From contig JAYUBO010000021.1 of assembly GCA_043740815.1 (NCBI GenBank), forward strand, positions 1-40,679: a stretch of DNA of 40,679 nt, in the 5' to 3' direction. The position numbers and the translations under genes were made by a program. Within the stretch, counting starts at the first letter, position 1, and each line of letters begins with the position of its first letter. Below the pieces are notes generated by a model. That model saw only the letters and a program-made list of their open reading frames with translations. It had not been told where the DNA came from and made no database searches. Source of the stretch: Frankiales bacterium. Its GTDB lineage: Bacteria; Actinomycetota; Actinomycetes; Mycobacteriales; SCTD01. Positions 37,483 through 40,679 of this stretch are shown piece by piece.

Positions 37483-38652
37483 GTGCGCGAGCTGCACGTC
37501 GTCGCGGTCAGTGAGGACGGACGCCACGTCGTGCTCGCCGGCACCCGGGGAGCCAGCCGTGGCGGCTTTCGGGTAGCCCTGGACGACCGGCTCGCAGCGG
37601 CGCTGCGCGGAGACCTGCCCCGTCCCGGCGAGGTCGGGCCACACGTCAGCGAACTCACCCCCAAGCAGATCCAGACGCGCTTGCGGACGGGTGAGTCCGC
37701 TGAGTCGATCGCCGCGTCGGCGGGAGTCCCGGTGGCCCGGGTCGAGCGGTTCTCCGGCCCCGTCGAGGGCGAGATGGCCCGGATGATCGACGCTGCCCGC
37801 GCCGCGTTCCTCGTCCGCGGCCGCCTCGGCCGCTCGGCCGCCCCCCTCGGCCAGACCGTCGACGCCGCGATCGCGGCGGCACCCTCGCTGCGTCCTGACA
37901 GCGCCGAGTGGTCGACGCTGCGCGAGGAGAGCGGCAGCTGGCTCGTCACCGTGACCTGGTATGCGTGGGGGCGCAGCCGCCGGGCCACCTGGCGCTACGT
38001 CCCGTCCTTGAAGACCGTCACCGCGCTGGACCCGGTCTCTGCCACGATGGGCTACTCCGGTAGCGAGGCCGCGGTAGCTCCCCGCCGGCCAGCCGCGACC
38101 GGCGTGGCCGTGATGCCCGCCACCAGCACGCCGGCCAGGAGGGCGCCGGCCCGCAAGAAGGTGCCGGCGAAGAGCGCAGCGCCAGCGAAGGCAGCCGCAG
38201 GAAGGCCTGCCGCAAGAAAGGCAGCGCCAAGAAAGGCAGTGGCGAAGCCGGCGACCAGGCGCGACGCCGCGAAAGCCGCGCCTGCGACGGTGTCTGCGGC
38301 GAAAGCGGCCCCGAAGAAGACGTCGGTGCCGAGGGCAGCGTCGGACAAGGCGCCCCGCAAGGCTGGCTCGAAGCGCGGCTCGACGGGGGCGACATCGATG
38401 ACGGCCCGAGTGGCAGCCGGCGTCGCCGCGAAGCCGGGCACGCGTGCACGAGGACCACGGACGCTGACCGTCGTGCCGGATCCAGAGCCGCACACGCAGA
38501 GGCCGACGGCGCGCGAGCGTCAGGGCCCGGCGGTGGGCAAGCGGAACGGTCCTGCCGGGCGAGCGGGCGCGAAGACCCGCGCCTCGGTACCCGGCTGGGC
38601 CGACGTCCTGCTGGGGACCACCCCCACCGCCCCCACCGTGGACAACCACTGA
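37483..38652 (+). CDS. sepH: DUF3071 domain protein, SepH-like septation protein
   Basis: N-terminal MRELHVVAVSEDGRHVVL...LTPKQIQTRLRTGESAESIAASAGVPVARVERF (HTH), a conserved central domain, and a Lys/Ala/Pro-rich basic tail. Confidence 0.8.
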   Translation: MRELHVVAVSEDGRHVVLAGTRGASRGGFRVALDDRLAAALRGDLPRPGEVGPHVSELTPKQIQTRLRTGESAESIAASAGVPVARVERFSGPVEGEMARMIDAARAAFLVRGRLGRSAAPLGQTVDAAIAAAPSLRPDSAEWSTLREESGSWLVTVTWYAWGRSRRATWRYVPSLKTVTALDPVSATMGYSGSEAAVAPRRPAATGVAVMPATSTPARRAPARKKVPAKSAAPAKAAAGRPAARKAAPRKAVAKPATRRDAAKAAPATVSAAKAAPKKTSVPRAASDKAPRKAGSKRGSTGATSMTARVAAGVAAKPGTRARGPRTLTVVPDPEPHTQRPTARERQGPAVGKRNGPAGRAGAKTRASVPGWADVLLGTTPTAPTVDNH

Positions 38653-38740
38653 GGCGTGCGACGGCCGCGCGCCCACGGTCGGCCCGGTACAACGGGTAAC
38701 GCCGCCGAGCCGGCTGGCTCCCGCGCCGTAGGCTACAAGC

Positions 38741-40072
38741 GTGCCGCCCACCGCCTCCCGCCGCCGTGTGGAGCGGGTCCTGACTCTCGTGCTGTCGGCC
38801 CAGCTGCTCGTCGCCGGCGCAGCCGCCGTGGAGCTGCAGCCCGGGCACACCGCGAAAGCGGCCAGCCGGCCTTTGGCTGCGCAGGTCGTCAACGGCCGCG
38901 CCGACGTACAGGCCCGCACCGCTGCCGTTCGGGCGCTGCTGAACGCCAGGGCCACCGCGGTGCTGCGCAAGGACCGGCTGGGCTTCCTCGCGACGGTCGA
39001 CCCGCTGTCGGCTGCCTTTCGCGGGCGTCAGGCACAGCTGGTCGACGCCCTCCACGACGTACCTCTGGCGAGTTGGTCCTACGAGCTCGACGTCACCCGC
39101 GACCGGACGCACACGGCCGCTCTCGACGCGCACTGGGGCACCTGGTGGGCGCCGGACGTGACCTTGCGGTATGCCCTGCAGAGCTTCGACCAGCAGCCAG
39201 CTGTGCAGCCGCAGGCGCTGACCTTCGTGCGGCGCGGCACCCATTGGTACGTCGGGTCCGACGACGACTTCGCCACCTCGGGCCACGCCACGACCCGGGA
39301 CCTGTGGGACGGGGGAGCTGTCGTCGTCGTGCGGGGGGCCGCGTGCCTGGTGCTGAGTCACCCGGGCCACGCGCCGCTGGCCCGGTCGCTGGTCGACGAC
39401 TGCGATGCGGCGGTCCCGCGGGTCAGCTCGGTGTGGGGGAGGGGCTGGAGCCGGCGGGTCGTGCTGCTCGTCCCGGACACGACCGCAGAGCTGGCCCGTA
39501 TCGTGCCCGACTCCGGTGAGCTGGGCCAGATCGCGGCGGTCGCGACGGCCGAGCTGCTGGACCCGGCGACGGGCTACCACCCGGTAGGGAACCGCATCCT
39601 CGTCAACCCCTCGAACTTCCGGGAGCTCGGGTCTGTTGGGCGCCGAGTCGTGCTCACCCACGAGGTCACCCACGTCGCGAGCCGTGCCGCGTCGGGGGTG
39701 CAGGTGCCGACCTGGCTGGTCGAAGGCCTTGCCGACTACGTCGGTTACCAGGGCGTACCCGTTCCGCTGTCAGTGTCGGCGGAGGAGCTGCGTGCTGACG
39801 TCCGGGCCGGCCGGGTTCCGCGGGCGCTGCCCGTCGACGCGGCGTTCGCCGGCTCGCGCAAGGACCTCGCGCAGACCTACGAACAGAGCTGGCTCGCGGT
39901 GGTCCTGATCGCCCGCACCTACGGGCAGCCGGCGCTGCTGCGGCTGTACCGCGACACCGGCGCTGACCCGACCGACGGCTCCCTGGGACGGGCCATGGTC
40001 CGGGACCTGCACACGTCGCTGCTCGCGTTCACGATGGACTGGCGGGCTGACCTGCGCCGCCGACTGTCGTGA
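38741..40072 (+). CDS. Hypothetical secreted/anchored protein with an HExxH motif (peptidase-MA-like)
   Basis: N-terminal anchor VLTLVLSAQLLVAGAAAV, plus VVLTHEVTHV...WLVEGLADY. Confidence 0.7.
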   Translation: MPPTASRRRVERVLTLVLSAQLLVAGAAAVELQPGHTAKAASRPLAAQVVNGRADVQARTAAVRALLNARATAVLRKDRLGFLATVDPLSAAFRGRQAQLVDALHDVPLASWSYELDVTRDRTHTAALDAHWGTWWAPDVTLRYALQSFDQQPAVQPQALTFVRRGTHWYVGSDDDFATSGHATTRDLWDGGAVVVVRGAACLVLSHPGHAPLARSLVDDCDAAVPRVSSVWGRGWSRRVVLLVPDTTAELARIVPDSGELGQIAAVATAELLDPATGYHPVGNRILVNPSNFRELGSVGRRVVLTHEVTHVASRAASGVQVPTWLVEGLADYVGYQGVPVPLSVSAEELRADVRAGRVPRALPVDAAFAGSRKDLAQTYEQSWLAVVLIARTYGQPALLRLYRDTGADPTDGSLGRAMVRDLHTSLLAFTMDWRADLRRRLS

Positions 40073-40679
40073 GAGCGCAGCTGATCGCCCTCGTCGGGAC
40101 GCTGGTGGCCATGGCGGTCACCGTGGTGCTGACGGTGCCCTCCACGGTGCTGCCCGGCGCCCACCCGCACGTGGACGTCTCCCGCGACTTCAGCGCCGCC
40201 GAGGTGGCCAGGGAGGTGGCGTTCCACGAGGCGGTCCGCCGACCGGCGTACCTGGCGTTGGCGGTGGGGCTGGTCATGGCGGCGCTGCTCGGACTGACCC
40301 GGCTCGGCTCCCGGCTGGTCGCAGGTATCCCGGGTCACTGGACCGTGCAGGCGATCGGTGGGCTCGCCATGCTGCTCGTGCTCGGGCAGCTCGCGACGCT
40401 GCCGTTCGACGTGCAGTCCGAGCGGGTCCTTCGTCGCTACGGCTTGTCGACGCAGGACTGGAACGGTTGGACCAACGACCTGCTGCGGGGGCTGCTCGTC
40501 AAGCTCGTCACGACCGCGCTGGTCGTTCTGGTGGTGCTGGCCCTGGCCCGGCGGCTGCCGACCAGCTGGTGGGCCTGGGCCGCAGGGGCCTCGGCTGTGC
40601 TGGTGGTGCTGGGGTCGTTCGCCTACCCGGTCGTCGTGGAGCCGGCGTTCAACCACTTCACGTCGCTGCCGGCGGGGAC
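40069..40679 (+). CDS. M48 (Ste24/HtpX-like) family metalloprotease, N-terminal membrane part; runs off the window
   Basis: The GTG overlaps the upstream TGA. Several TM helices are present, and the FDVQSERVLRRYGLSTQDWNGW segment is typical of the M48 N-terminal domain. Confidence 0.7.
   Translation, partial: MRAQLIALVGTLVAMAVTVVLTVPSTVLPGAHPHVDVSRDFSAAEVAREVAFHEAVRRPAYLALAVGLVMAALLGLTRLGSRLVAGIPGHWTVQAIGGLAMLLVLGQLATLPFDVQSERVLRRYGLSTQDWNGWTNDLLRGLLVKLVTTALVVLVVLALARRLPTSWWAWAAGASAVLVVLGSFAYPVVVEPAFNHFTSLPAG

Noticed and set aside
36471-39673. Three long minus-strand ORFs (505, 615 and 551 aa)
   Set aside because: They are antisense to the NYN, SepH-like and HExxH genes. They are Arg/Pro/Gly-rich with no motifs. 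The plus-strand genes have recognisable domains and RBS/start contexts.

Overview
Very high-GC window with strong GC3 bias. It looks like core chromosome of an actinobacterium; I cannot name the genus from sequence alone. I can support about 40 protein-coding genes, mostly housekeeping. They include aconitase with an upstream TetR regulator, two adjacent sigma-70 genes (SigA-like and SigB-like), TrmB, a DEAD-box helicase and an RqlH-type RecQ helicase. Also present are a DnaQ/GIY-YIG nuclease, a SepH-like (DUF3071) division protein, an L,D-transpeptidase, a bfaA/bfaB-type gene pair for 10-methyl fatty acids, and several oxidoreductases, hydrolases and ABC components. I saw no rRNA, tRNA, CRISPR array, transposase, integrase or phage genes. 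Many long ORFs in the six-frame track are antisense or out-of-frame artefacts typical of high-GC DNA, and several real genes start well inside their listed ORF. The most interesting signal is non-coding. A 530-bp gap between two convergent oxidoreductase genes (1920-2449) has no credible ORF. On the minus strand it carries a promoter-like element, a dense set of tetraloop-capped hairpins with long-range helices, and a strong terminator. That fits an unannotated structured RNA of about 320 nt, possibly of the Ms1/6S-like class. Just upstream lies a phased array of GTCC(A/C)CCA direct repeats that resemble DnaA boxes. Secondary observations: N-terminal architecture that looks swapped between the two sigma paralogues, SigH/SigR-type promoter motifs upstream of both sigma genes, a secreted-hydrolase/TM/ABC-ATPase fusion, a K+-channel-like protein with a degenerate filter, and perfect palindromes in divergent promoter regions.
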